A stretch of DNA of 26,945 bases from a bacterium (lineage in GTDB: Bacteria > Arandabacterota > Arandabacteria > Arandabacterales > JALGWA01), in assembly GCA_050125095.1 (NCBI GenBank), contig JASFEA010000025.1, forward strand, positions 1-26,945, given 5' to 3'. Positions 15,807-24,723 of this stretch are shown here, piece after piece. Position numbers and translations under genes: made by a program. Within the stretch, counting starts at the first letter, position 1, and every line of letters begins with the position of its first letter. A model generated the notes under the pieces. It saw nothing but the letters and a program-made list of their open reading frames with translations. It ran no database searches and was not told the origin of the DNA.

Positions 15807-15885
15807 AAGCCTCGGCGGAACGCCTTCGCGTCCGCGCTGAGTGTGATGTGCATTTCAAGACCTGACCCCGGATGATGACCCCGGA
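15807..15885. repeat. REP-like repeat, copy C, abutting tRNA 3' end
   Basis: 55/63 identity to 1-63. TGACCCCGGA is duplicated at 15863-15872 and 15876-15885. Confidence 0.8.
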
Positions 15886-15889
15886 GGAG

Positions 15890-15974
15890 TGGTGCCGGGA
15901 GGGGGATTTGAACCCCCACGGGCGAACCCATACGCCCCTCAAGCGCACGTGTCTACCAGTTCCACCACCCCGGC
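15890..15974 (-). tRNA. tRNA-Leu (anticodon GAG)
   Basis: GCCGGGG...CCCGGC-A-CCA acceptor stem, D-loop GGAACTGGTAGAC, anticodon stem TGCGC-TTGAGGG-GCGTA, long variable arm, GGTTCAAATCC. Position after secG matches the known secG-leuU arrangement. Confidence 0.96.
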
Positions 15975-15995
15975 ATACGCTTGGAAAGCGAACAT

Positions 15996-16024
15996 ATATT
16001 AAGTCAGCGAGTACTTCCAGTCAA
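15996..16024 (-). promoter_or_regulatory. sigma70 promoter for tRNA-Leu
   Basis: TTGACT-N17-TAATAT on the minus strand. Confidence 0.6.
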
Positions 16025-16038
16025 CAGGAGACTGTCTG

Positions 16039-16446
16039 CTACTCGCCTCCGGATGGCGCCTCCGCGGGCTGTTCGCCAGGCGTCTCCGCCTCAGGCGCCG
16101 TCTCTTCAACCGGCGTCTGGGCGGGCGGCGGGGCCTGCTGCTGAACCGGGGCCCCGGGCGCCGGTCCCTCCAGCCTGTCCAGCACGCTATCCTGGGCGGA
16201 TTCGCGGCTCATCGGAATGAGGCTCAGGCTGATGGAGGACACCATGAACAGCACCGCCAGCACGCCGGTCACCTTCGCGAGCATACCGCCGAAGCCCTTG
16301 CTGCCGAACAGGGTATCGCCTCCGCCACCGCCACCGGCCGAGCCGAATACGCTCGCCAGGCCGGCGCCTTTACCCGTTTGAAGCAGCACCACGATTACGA
16401 GCGCGATGCAGATGAGAACATGGATGAAATAGAACACTTGAAGCAT
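16039..16446 (-). CDS. secG: Preprotein translocase subunit SecG
   Basis: TM1-VLLQ.GKGAGL...FG...LFG-K.T-TM2 with a Pro/Ala/Glu-rich tail; follows tpiA. Confidence 0.95.
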   Translation of the reverse strand: MLQVFYFIHVLICIALVIVVLLQTGKGAGLASVFGSAGGGGGGDTLFGSKGFGGMLAKVTGVLAVLFMVSSISLSLIPMSRESAQDSVLDRLEGPAPGAPVQQQAPPPAQTPVEETAPEAETPGEQPAEAPSGGE

Positions 16447-16449
16447 TGT

Positions 16450-17229
16450 CTATTTATCGCCTCCCTTATAGGCAACTAGTTTCGCAAACGAATCGGCCTC
16501 AAGACTCGCGCCCCCGACGAGAGCCCCGTCTATATCGGGCTGAGCCATGAGGTCCTTTACGTTATCCGGCTTGACACTACCACCATACTGTATACGAACC
16601 CTTAGCGCAACCTCTAAGCCATAGAGGTCAATCAGGATATTCCTTATGAACGCATGGACCTCCTGGGCCCCCTCGGGTGTGGCGGTCTTGCCGGTGCCTA
16701 TTGCCCAGACCGGCTCGTAAGCCAGCACCGCGTGCAGGATATCCTCCTCGCTCAGGTCTCTTAACGAGCCGAGCACCTGTCCCCGGATCACGTCCTTCAT
16801 CACACCGGCTTCCCGCTCATCAAGCGTCTCGCCGACGCATATGAACGGACTGAGGCCCGCCCCCAGCGCTGCATGAGCCTTCCTGGAGACGCCCTCGTCG
16901 GTCTCACCGAAATACTTCCTGCGCTCGGAATGGCCGAGTATTACGTAGCGGCAGCCCGCGTCCACCAGCATGCCCGCGGAGATCTCGCCGGTATACGCGC
17001 CCTTTTCCTCCCAGTAGAGGTTCTGGGCGCCCAGCCAGACCCCACTTCCCTTGAGCACATCCGCAACGGCCGCAAGCGCGGTGAAGGTCGGACAGACCAC
17101 TACCTCAACGCTGTCGGTGAGATTGAGCGTCTTGTTCTTGACCTCTATGGCCAGGCTGCGGGCCCCGGCTATGGTCTTGTTCATCTTCCAGTTACCGGCG
17201 ATGATGGGCTTGCGCACTTCAAGATTCAA
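16450..17229 (-). CDS. tpiA: Triosephosphate isomerase
   Basis: AGNWKMN, GHSERR, AYEPVWAIGTG, YGGSVK, LVGGASL; TTG start with GGAGG. Confidence 0.98.
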   Translation of the reverse strand: MNLEVRKPIIAGNWKMNKTIAGARSLAIEVKNKTLNLTDSVEVVVCPTFTALAAVADVLKGSGVWLGAQNLYWEEKGAYTGEISAGMLVDAGCRYVILGHSERRKYFGETDEGVSRKAHAALGAGLSPFICVGETLDEREAGVMKDVIRGQVLGSLRDLSEEDILHAVLAYEPVWAIGTGKTATPEGAQEVHAFIRNILIDLYGLEVALRVRIQYGGSVKPDNVKDLMAQPDIDGALVGGASLEADSFAKLVAYKGGDK

Positions 17230-17232
17230 AGC

Positions 17233-18462
17233 CTAGACCTCCCCTCTCCCCGTAAGGGCCGCGATGCCCGGCAGTTGCTTGCCTTCCACGAACTCCAGGG
17301 AGGCCCCGCCCCCCGTGGATATATGGGTCATCATGTCGGCCACCCCGGCCTTCCTGGCGGCGCTGGCTGTGTCGCCCCCGCCGAGTATGGACACGGTGCC
17401 GCCCGCCGTCGCCTCGGCCACTGCTTTCGAAAGGCCGACGGTTCCGCCAGAGAAGTCCTCCACTTCGAAGATTCCCATAGGGCCGTTCCAGAATACCGTG
17501 CGCGCCCGCCTGACTTCCTCTCCGAACAGGGCCACGGTCGCCGGGCCCACGTCCACGAGAGAGTAACCAACGGGCACGTCCTGGCCGGGCTCTATCACCG
17601 TCGTCGCCGCTCCCTCTTCAACCCTGTCGGCGGCAATGTAGTCCACCGGAAGCAGAAACTTGACCTGTCTGGACTCGGCCATCTTCATGATCTCGCCCGC
17701 CAGGCCCAGCGAGGACTCCTCGAAGAGCGAGGAGCCTATCTCGGCGCCCTCGGCTTTGAGGAATGTATTTGCCATTCCCCCGCCTATGAGCATGCCGTCG
17801 ACCTTGTCCATGAGGTTCTTGATCACGTCTATCTTGCCCGATACCTTGGCCCCTCCGAGAATGGCGATAAAGGGCTTCTCGGGTTTGACCAGCACTCCTC
17901 CCAGAAACTCGATCTCCTTCATAAGCAGGAATCCGGCGACCGCGGGCGAGATGAAATGGGTGATGCCCTCGGTCGACGCGTGGGCGCGATGAGCCGTGCC
18001 GAAAGCGTCGTTTACGTAAATATCAGCGAGGGCCGCGAGCTGCTTCGCGAACTCGGGGTCGTTGTCGGTCTCCTCCGAATGAAACCGGAGATTCTCAAGA
18101 AGGAGAACCTCTCCCGCGGCCAGCGAGGCCGCCGCCGCTTCCACCTCGGACCCGATGCAGTCCCCGGCGAACTCGACCCTGACCTTGAGCAGCGACTCCA
18201 GCGCCTCCCGCACCGGCGCCAGCGACAGGTCGGGAACCCGCTTACCCTTGGGCCGGCCAAGATGCGACATTAAAATGAGTTGCGAGCCTTGCTTGAGAAT
18301 GTACTCTAAGGTAGGAAGCGCCGACCTGATCCGGAAATCGTCGGCTACCCCGCCGTCCTTGCCCAGCGGGACGTTGAAGTCCACACGGACGAGCACTCTC
18401 TTGCCTGCGCAGTCGACATCCTTCACGGTCATCTTGTTCTCGAAGTACCTGCTTCCTGTCAT
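17233..18462 (-). CDS. pgk: Phosphoglycerate kinase
   Basis: RVDFNVP, SHLGRP, LLENLRF, NDAFGTAHRAHAS, GGAKVSGK, STGGGASLE. Confidence 0.98.
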   Translation of the reverse strand: MTGSRYFENKMTVKDVDCAGKRVLVRVDFNVPLGKDGGVADDFRIRSALPTLEYILKQGSQLILMSHLGRPKGKRVPDLSLAPVREALESLLKVRVEFAGDCIGSEVEAAAASLAAGEVLLLENLRFHSEETDNDPEFAKQLAALADIYVNDAFGTAHRAHASTEGITHFISPAVAGFLLMKEIEFLGGVLVKPEKPFIAILGGAKVSGKIDVIKNLMDKVDGMLIGGGMANTFLKAEGAEIGSSLFEESSLGLAGEIMKMAESRQVKFLLPVDYIAADRVEEGAATTVIEPGQDVPVGYSLVDVGPATVALFGEEVRRARTVFWNGPMGIFEVEDFSGGTVGLSKAVAEATAGGTVSILGGGDTASAARKAGVADMMTHISTGGGASLEFVEGKQLPGIAALTGRGEV

Positions 18463-18477
18463 TCTGCCGCCTTTCCT

Positions 18478-19494
18478 CTAGCCCTTGGCCATGAGGTTCA
18501 TCATGTCCACCATGCGGTTGGCGTAGCCCCACTCATTGTCATACCAGGAGATCACCTTGACGAGATTGCCGCCGGAGACGCTGGTCATGCCCGAGTCGAA
18601 AATCGAGGAATGGGGATTCCCCACAATGTCTATGGAGACAAGCGGGTCCGTGGCGTACTGGAGATAGCCCTTTAGGGGCGCCGTCTCGCTGGCCTTCTTG
18701 AACGCCGCGTTTATATCCTCCGCCGTCGTCGATTTCCCCACCTCCACGTTGAGGTCGACGACCGAGCCGTCTGCCGTGGGCACTCTCATGGCTATGGCCG
18801 AGAGCTTGCCGTCGAGTTCGGGGATAACCAGCCCGATGGCCTTGGCCGCGCCGGTCGACGTGGGGATGATGGAGACGCCCGCCGCTCTCGCCCTGCGCAG
18901 GTCGCTGTGCGGAAGGTCCAGGATCTTCTGGTCGTTGGTGTAGGCGTGAACCGTTGTCATCTGACCTTTGACTATGCTGAAATTGTCATTGAGCACCTTG
19001 CAGACCGGCGCAAGGCAATTGGTGGTGCATGAAGCCGTCGAGAGCATGTTGTGTTTCTTGGGGTCATAGAGGCCGTCGTTAACCCCCATGACGACGGTGA
19101 GCACATCATCACTCTTTTTTCCCTTCCAGGGCGCCGAGATCAGCACCTTTCTGGCGCCGCCTTCGATGTGCTTGGCCGCGTCCTCCGGCGTCCTGAACTT
19201 GCCCGTGGACTCAACGACCACGTCGATGCCCAGGTCCTTCCAGGGAAGTCTGGCGGGGTCTTTCTCGCTGAATACCTTGATCTCCATGCCGCCCGCGGTG
19301 ATGGAATCGCTCCCGGCTGTGACTTCCTTGTCCCAGATACCGTGAACGCTATCGTACTTGACCAGATACGCCAGCGTCTTGGCGTCAGTTATATCGTTTA
19401 CCGCGACGAACTCGAAATCCGGATCGTCAAGCCCGGCTCTCAGGACGAGCCTTCCGATTCTACCGAAGCCGTTGATCGCACACCTTACTGCCAT
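18478..19494 (-). CDS. gap: Glyceraldehyde-3-phosphate dehydrogenase, type I
   Basis: INGFGRIGR, ASCTTNCL, PTSTGAAKA, WYDNEWGY. Confidence 0.98.
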   Translation of the reverse strand: MAVRCAINGFGRIGRLVLRAGLDDPDFEFVAVNDITDAKTLAYLVKYDSVHGIWDKEVTAGSDSITAGGMEIKVFSEKDPARLPWKDLGIDVVVESTGKFRTPEDAAKHIEGGARKVLISAPWKGKKSDDVLTVVMGVNDGLYDPKKHNMLSTASCTTNCLAPVCKVLNDNFSIVKGQMTTVHAYTNDQKILDLPHSDLRRARAAGVSIIPTSTGAAKAIGLVIPELDGKLSAIAMRVPTADGSVVDLNVEVGKSTTAEDINAAFKKASETAPLKGYLQYATDPLVSIDIVGNPHSSIFDSGMTSVSGGNLVKVISWYDNEWGYANRMVDMMNLMAKG

Positions 19495-19574
19495 CCTGGT
19501 CCTCCCTTCCGGGCATCCTCTTTTTTAAGAATTCCCTGCCCTGATCTATAGCGGCGGCCCGCGCCGTCCGGGCG

Positions 19575-20501
19575 CTAAGCCTTACCGGCGCTGCCGAATG
19601 CCTCCATCTTTGACCTGACCACCTGCTTTATGGCCTCGCGCCCCTCGCCGATTATCTTGCGGGGGTCGAATACCTCCGGGCTGTCCGTGAGTACCTGTCG
19701 CACCGCGCCGGTGAAGGCCAGGCGGAGATCAGTATCAATGTTTATCTTGGCGATCCCGTGGCCGATTGCCTCCCTGATGGCGTCAAGGGGTACGCCTTTG
19801 GCCCCCGGGAGTTTGGCCCCGTACCTGGAGGCCCGCTCCAGGACTTCAGGCGGCACTGACGACGCCCCGTGCAGGACCAGCGGTATGTCCACCTTCGAGG
19901 CTATTTCGGTAAGGCGGTCTATGTCCAGCCTCGGCTCGCCCTTGAACTTGTACGCCCCATGCGAAGTGCCGATGGCGACTGCCAGGTAATCGCAGCCGGT
20001 CTTCTCCACGAACTCCACTGCCTGGTCCGGGTCTGTCAGCGAGGCGTCTCTCTCCTTGACCACGACTTCGTCCTCGATGCCCGTGAGTTTTCCCAGCTCG
20101 GCCTCCACGGGCACGTCGAACCTGCGCGCGGCCTCGACGACGCTCCTGGTAATTTCTATGTTCTTCTCGAAGCTGTGCTTGGAGGCGTCTATCATGAGCG
20201 AAGTCCAGCCATGGTCGAGGCAGGCCTGGCAGATCTCGAGGTCGGCCCCGTGGTCAAGATGAAGGGCCACTTTCACGTCAAGCTCATCGGCGAGGTTCTT
20301 CACCGTGCAGTAGATATTGTCGAAGCCTGCGTACTTTATCGCGGACGATGAGGTCGCAACGAGCACCGGCGATCCAAGCTCCCGGGCGGCCTCGACAATC
20401 GCCTGTGTGATCTCCAGATTGCTGGTGTTGAAGGCCCCGACCGCGTAGCCGCCATCCCTGGCCGGAACCAGAATCTCCTTGGATGAAACCAGAGCCATCA
20501 C
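19575..20501 (-). CDS. fba: Fructose-1,6-bisphosphate aldolase class II
   Basis: GYAVGAFN, LHLDHG, EAELG, AIGTSHGAYK, LVLHGAS, KINIDTD. Start GTG 20501 or ATG 20498. Confidence 0.95.
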   Translation of the reverse strand: MMALVSSKEILVPARDGGYAVGAFNTSNLEITQAIVEAARELGSPVLVATSSSAIKYAGFDNIYCTVKNLADELDVKVALHLDHGADLEICQACLDHGWTSLMIDASKHSFEKNIEITRSVVEAARRFDVPVEAELGKLTGIEDEVVVKERDASLTDPDQAVEFVEKTGCDYLAVAIGTSHGAYKFKGEPRLDIDRLTEIASKVDIPLVLHGASSVPPEVLERASRYGAKLPGAKGVPLDAIREAIGHGIAKINIDTDLRLAFTGAVRQVLTDSPEVFDPRKIIGEGREAIKQVVRSKMEAFGSAGKA

Positions 20502-20513
20502 ATACCTCCCGGG

Positions 20514-21554
20514 CTAGCCGAAGAACAGACCGGCCAATTCATACAGGTCACTGTCCACTGTCTTCATCTTCAGCGCCTCTTCCATGCTCACGGCGATAAT
20601 CTTGTTGCCGCTCAGCGCGACCATATTCCCGAACTTCCCCGTCTTCACCAGTTCCACCGCCCCGGCGCCGAAGCGCGTCGCGAGAACCCTGTCAAACGCG
20701 GTGGGCGTCCCGCCGCGCTGCACGTAACCGAGAACCGAGACCCTTGTTTCATAGCCGGTTCTTTTCTCTATCTCACGCCCGACAACGCTTCCCACACCCC
20801 CGAGCCTGACGTGGCCGAAGTCGTCAAGGGGTGCGTCCTGGACCACTATGCTGGACTCGTCGTCACCCGAGGTCTTGAACTCGGCGCCCTCCGCCACCAC
20901 GACGATACTGAAGCTCTTTCCCCGGGCATGCCTCTTCCTTATAAGATCACAGACTTCCTCGATTTCGAAGGGCCGCTCGGGAATGAGAATGACGTCGGCT
21001 CCGCCCGCGATTCCCGCGTATACGGCGATCCAGCCCGTGTGGCGCCCCATGACCTCCACCACCATCACGCGGTGATGGGATTCGGCCGTGGTATGCAGCC
21101 GGTCGATGGCCTCCGTGGCTATGTTGATTGCCGTGTCGAAACCGAAGGTGTAATCGGTGCCGCCCAGGTCGTTATCTATGGTCTTGGGGCATCCGACCAT
21201 CGGAAGGCCCATCTTATAGAGGCCGTAAGCTACCCCGATCGTGTCTTCCCCTCCTATCGCGACGGTCGCGTCTATGCCGAGCGTCTTGGTATTCTCTATG
21301 ATTTTCTCCTGCGCTCCCTCCGTCTTGAAGGGATTGGTACGGCTTGTGCCGAGTATGGTGCCCCCCTTAGGGAGGATACCGGAAACCCGGCCCAGGTCCA
21401 GCGCTTCGACGTCCATGTGAAGATAGCCCGACCAGCCGTTCTTGATGCCCATCACTTCCCACCCGTACTGCATCATGGCCTTCCTGACGACCGCCCGAAT
21501 CACCGCGTTCAGGCCCGGGCAGTCCCCCCCACCTGTAAGCACACCTATACGCAT
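20514..21554 (-). CDS. pfkA: 6-phosphofructokinase, group III, probably PPi-dependent
   Basis: GGGDCPGLN, GGTILGTSR, GGEDT, PKTIDND, MGR, LG.VQRGG. Confidence 0.93.
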   Translation of the reverse strand: MRIGVLTGGGDCPGLNAVIRAVVRKAMMQYGWEVMGIKNGWSGYLHMDVEALDLGRVSGILPKGGTILGTSRTNPFKTEGAQEKIIENTKTLGIDATVAIGGEDTIGVAYGLYKMGLPMVGCPKTIDNDLGGTDYTFGFDTAINIATEAIDRLHTTAESHHRVMVVEVMGRHTGWIAVYAGIAGGADVILIPERPFEIEEVCDLIRKRHARGKSFSIVVVAEGAEFKTSGDDESSIVVQDAPLDDFGHVRLGGVGSVVGREIEKRTGYETRVSVLGYVQRGGTPTAFDRVLATRFGAGAVELVKTGKFGNMVALSGNKIIAVSMEEALKMKTVDSDLYELAGLFFG

Positions 21555-21611
21555 GACTTCCCAACCTCCTTGGTGAGTTGCTAAATAAGGTAATTGCAGG
21601 CTGTTACTTGG

Positions 21612-21641
21612 AATCTATTTGAGAAAAAGGGCGGCTGTCAA
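21612..21641 (-). promoter_or_regulatory. sigma70 promoter for the glycolytic operon, overlapping the rnc stop
   Basis: TTGACA-N18-TAGATT on the minus strand. Confidence 0.6.
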
Positions 21642-22423
21642 GTCAATTTGGATCCGCCGGGATCCGGCGAATCCTCAGTATGCTCCTCAATCTGCTCAAT
21701 CGCCTGCCTGGCGGCTGCCTGCTCAGCCTCTTTCTTGCTCCTGCCGAAGCCCTCTCCAAACGGCCTCTTCTTGAGGAGCACGCTTACGTGGAAGACTTTC
21801 CTGTGCTCGGGGCCGACTTTCCTCAGGGTCTTGTACTCGGGCAATATCTTGTACCTGGCCTGCGATATTTCCTGCAGCCGGCTCTTATAGTCCACCTGGC
21901 GGTCCTCAGGCGCCAGCTCGCTCAGGCAGGGAAAGACGCTGTTCTCGACGAACTTGTATGCGGAGGAGAATCCCCTGTCCAGGTATATTGCCCCTATGAT
22001 GGCTTCGATAGCGTCGGCCGACAGCGCCGTGAGGGCACGCTCGTCCTTATGAATCTCCTCCCGCGCGTAGAGAAGCAAATCCAGCACGCCCAGCTCCATG
22101 CCGATCTTGCCCAGCACGTTCTTGTTGACGATCCTGGACCTGGACCGGGTCAGACCGCCCTCGTCGGCGTTTTCCATTACTCGGAATAGATGGTCGCTCG
22201 CTACGAGGTCGAGTACTGCGTCCCCGAGGAACTCAAGCCTCTCGTTGGACTGGCGTTCGGGATTCTCGCCCAGGTAGGACCTGTGTGTAAGCGCCGTCTC
22301 AAGAAGGGACGGGTCGGAGAAGTGTATGCCGAACCGCCGGGCAAAGGATAGAGACGCGCCTGTACCATGCGTCGCCCCTCTCCCCTTGAAGAAACCCTCA
22401 ATGGAACTGAGGAGCCATTTCAT
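21638..22423 (-). CDS. rnc: Ribonuclease III
   Basis: ALTHRS, NERLEFLGDAVL, ADAIEAIIGAIYLD, and dsRBD (DYKSRLQE, GPEH, G.SKKEAEQ.AA). ATG 22423 (ORF open to 22459). Confidence 0.96.
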   Translation of the reverse strand: MKWLLSSIEGFFKGRGATHGTGASLSFARRFGIHFSDPSLLETALTHRSYLGENPERQSNERLEFLGDAVLDLVASDHLFRVMENADEGGLTRSRSRIVNKNVLGKIGMELGVLDLLLYAREEIHKDERALTALSADAIEAIIGAIYLDRGFSSAYKFVENSVFPCLSELAPEDRQVDYKSRLQEISQARYKILPEYKTLRKVGPEHRKVFHVSVLLKKRPFGEGFGRSKKEAEQAAARQAIEQIEEHTEDSPDPGGSKLT

Positions 22424-22439
22424 GTTGTTCCCCGCCGAG

Positions 22440-23684
22440 TCACTCCTCGTACTTCTCAATCACCAGTGTAGCGTTATGCCCGCCAAAGCCGAAAGAGTTG
22501 GTGAGCGCGACCCGCACGTCCACGTCCCGGACCCCTTCCGGGACGTAGTCCAGATCGCACTCGGGATCCGGATTCTCGAGGTTTATCGTGGGATGCACCT
22601 TGCCGTCCCTTATGGAAAGCACTGTGGCAACCAGCTCCACCGCTCCGCCTGCGCCCAGAAGATGGCCGATCATCGACTTGGTGGAGCTTATCGGAATGCG
22701 CCCGGCCGAATCGCCGAAGACGGTTTTGATGGCCGCAGTCTCCAGCTTATCGTTATGCGGCGTTGAAGTGCCGTGTGCGTTGATATATGAGACTTCGGAG
22801 GGTTCGATTCCGCTCTCATTCAGCGCGGCCCTCATCGACCTCACGCCCCCTTCACCTCCGGGCGCCGGAGCCGTCATATGATAGGCGTCGCCCGTTGCGC
22901 CGTAGCCGGTCAGCTCGGCCAGTATACGGGCCCCCCTCTTCCTGGCGTGCTCGAGCTCCTCGAACACGAGCATGGCGGTTCCCTCCCCGATCACGAAACC
23001 GTCGCGCTCCGCGTCAAAAGGCCTGCTGGCTGCGGGCGGGTCGTCGTTTCTGGTAGATAGAGCCTTCATCGAGGAGAATCCGGCAACCGTCATGGGAGTG
23101 ACCGCGGCTTCGGCTCCCCCCGTTATCATGACGTCGGCATCGCCGTCCTGTATGATCCTCATACAAGTTCCCATGGCATGAGTCGCCGAGGCGCATGCCG
23201 ATACGACGCCGAAGTTGGGACCCTTCAGCCCGTGCCTTATGGAGATCATGCCGGGCACCATGTCTATGATCATCATGGGAACAAAGAAGGGACTCACCCT
23301 TGACGGCCCTCTATTCAGGAGCACCTCATGCTGCGTCTCGAACGTGGAAATACCCCCGATACCCGAACCGATGATACATCCGACCCTGTCGGCATCCGCT
23401 TTCGACATGTCCAGGGCCGCGTCCTTGATGGCCATATCGGAAGAGACAATACCGAACTGGACGCACCTGTCCATGCGGCGCGCCTCTTTCTTGTCTATAA
23501 AGTCCGTGGCCTCAAAACCTCTGACCTCCCCCGCTATCTGGCTGGCGAATTGGGCAGGGTCGAAGGCGGCAATGGTCTGGATGCCGGACTTGCCTTCCTG
23601 ACAACTCTTCCAGAAGTCCTCCGCGTTATGACCTATCGAGGTCACTGCGCCGAGCCCTGTAATCACTACTCTTCTTCGTTCCAT
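22440..23684 (-). CDS. fabF: Beta-ketoacyl-ACP synthase II
   Basis: RRVVITGLG, SACAS, SRPFD..RDGFV, INAHGTST, KSMIGHLLGA, NSFGFGGHN. Confidence 0.97.
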   Translation of the reverse strand: MERRRVVITGLGAVTSIGHNAEDFWKSCQEGKSGIQTIAAFDPAQFASQIAGEVRGFEATDFIDKKEARRMDRCVQFGIVSSDMAIKDAALDMSKADADRVGCIIGSGIGGISTFETQHEVLLNRGPSRVSPFFVPMMIIDMVPGMISIRHGLKGPNFGVVSACASATHAMGTCMRIIQDGDADVMITGGAEAAVTPMTVAGFSSMKALSTRNDDPPAASRPFDAERDGFVIGEGTAMLVFEELEHARKRGARILAELTGYGATGDAYHMTAPAPGGEGGVRSMRAALNESGIEPSEVSYINAHGTSTPHNDKLETAAIKTVFGDSAGRIPISSTKSMIGHLLGAGGAVELVATVLSIRDGKVHPTINLENPDPECDLDYVPEGVRDVDVRVALTNSFGFGGHNATLVIEKYEE

Positions 23685-23718
23685 GGTTTAGACCCCGGGT
23701 ATCCTCCTCATCCTTCCG

Positions 23719-23961
23719 CTACTTGTCTGCCAGCTTGGCCTCGAGATAGTCGATGGCGTCCTTCACCGTCTGTATCTTCTCAGCTTCCTCATCCTCGATA
23801 CTGACCCCGAAGGCCTCCTCGAGCTCCATCATGAGCTCGACGGTGTCCAGCGAGTCAGCGCCGAGATCGTTGATGAACGAAGCTTCAGGCGTGACCTTCT
23901 CCTCGCTCACACCGAGCCTCTCCATGATGATTTCCTTCACCTTCTGGTTCACATCCGACAT
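23719..23961 (-). CDS. acpP: Acyl carrier protein
   Basis: [12 protein letters not shown] phosphopantetheine site, acidic 80 aa. Confidence 0.98.
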   Translation of the reverse strand: MSDVNQKVKEIIMERLGVSEEKVTPEASFINDLGADSLDTVELMMELEEAFGVSIEDEEAEKIQTVKDAIDYLEAKLADK

Positions 23962-23979
23962 GGATACACCTCCTGAAAG

Positions 23980-24723
23980 CTACATTACCATTCCACCATC
24001 TATCTTTATGACCTGGCCCGTGATATAGCCGGCCGCATCGGAAACCAGGAACGCGACCAGCCCGGCCACATCTTCCGCGTCTCCAAGCCTCTTAAGCGGT
24101 ATCGCCGAGGCGAGGGCATCCCGAGCCTTCTCGGGCAGCGATCGCGTCATCTCCGTGTCGATGAACCCCGGGGCAATGGCGTTGACCGTCACCCCTCTGG
24201 AGGCGAGCTCCCTGGCGAGGGATTTGGTCAGGCCGATTATGCCGGCCTTCGAAGCCGAGTAATTGACCTGGCCCGCGTTCCCCATTATGCCGACCACGGA
24301 AGATACGTTGAGAATCGTGCCCGAGCGCTGCCTCATGAAATGCCTGGCGGCCGCCCGGGAGCAGTTAAAAGCCCCTTTCAGATTGACCGCTATCACTTTA
24401 TCCCATTCATCGTCCGACATGCGCGCGATCAGGTTGTCGCGGGTGATGCCGGCGTTGTTTATGAGTATGTCACAGCCGCCCAGTTCCGCAAGCGCCTTGT
24501 CGAACATGGCCGTTACGTCATCAGCTCTCGATATGTCGCACTCGATCGCGGCCGCCTTACCTCCCGCCGCCTCAACTTCTCCCGCAACCGCCTCGGCCTC
24601 GTCCTTGAGCACGTCTACCACAGCGACATTGGCTCCGAGGCCGGCGAGCTTCAGGCACACCGCGCGCCCGATACCGCGGCCCCCGCCCGTCACAATCGCG
24701 TTCCTGCCCGTGAGGTCTATCAT
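23980..24723 (-). CDS. fabG: 3-oxoacyl-ACP reductase
   Basis: TGGGRGIG, NNAGITRD, YSASK, PGFIDTEMT, GQVI.IDGG. Confidence 0.97.
   Translation of the reverse strand: MIDLTGRNAIVTGGGRGIGRAVCLKLAGLGANVAVVDVLKDEAEAVAGEVEAAGGKAAAIECDISRADDVTAMFDKALAELGGCDILINNAGITRDNLIARMSDDEWDKVIAVNLKGAFNCSRAAARHFMRQRSGTILNVSSVVGIMGNAGQVNYSASKAGIIGLTKSLARELASRGVTVNAIAPGFIDTEMTRSLPEKARDALASAIPLKRLGDAEDVAGLVAFLVSDAAGYITGQVIKIDGGMVM

Noticed and set aside
15731..15869. Mini CRISPR array
   Set aside because: Only two cores, a ~93-bp gap that is partly shared with the copy at position 1 rather than unique, and no cas genes
1..15889. Genomic island or composite element integrated at tRNA-Leu and bounded by the direct repeats
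   Set aside because: There is no integrase or transposase, I saw no duplicated tRNA 3' end, and the interval contains the core genes era and mdh. The repeats are better explained as independent dispersed copies.
15739..15948. 69-aa ORF
   Set aside because: It reads through the tRNA-Leu and the repeat, so it is spurious
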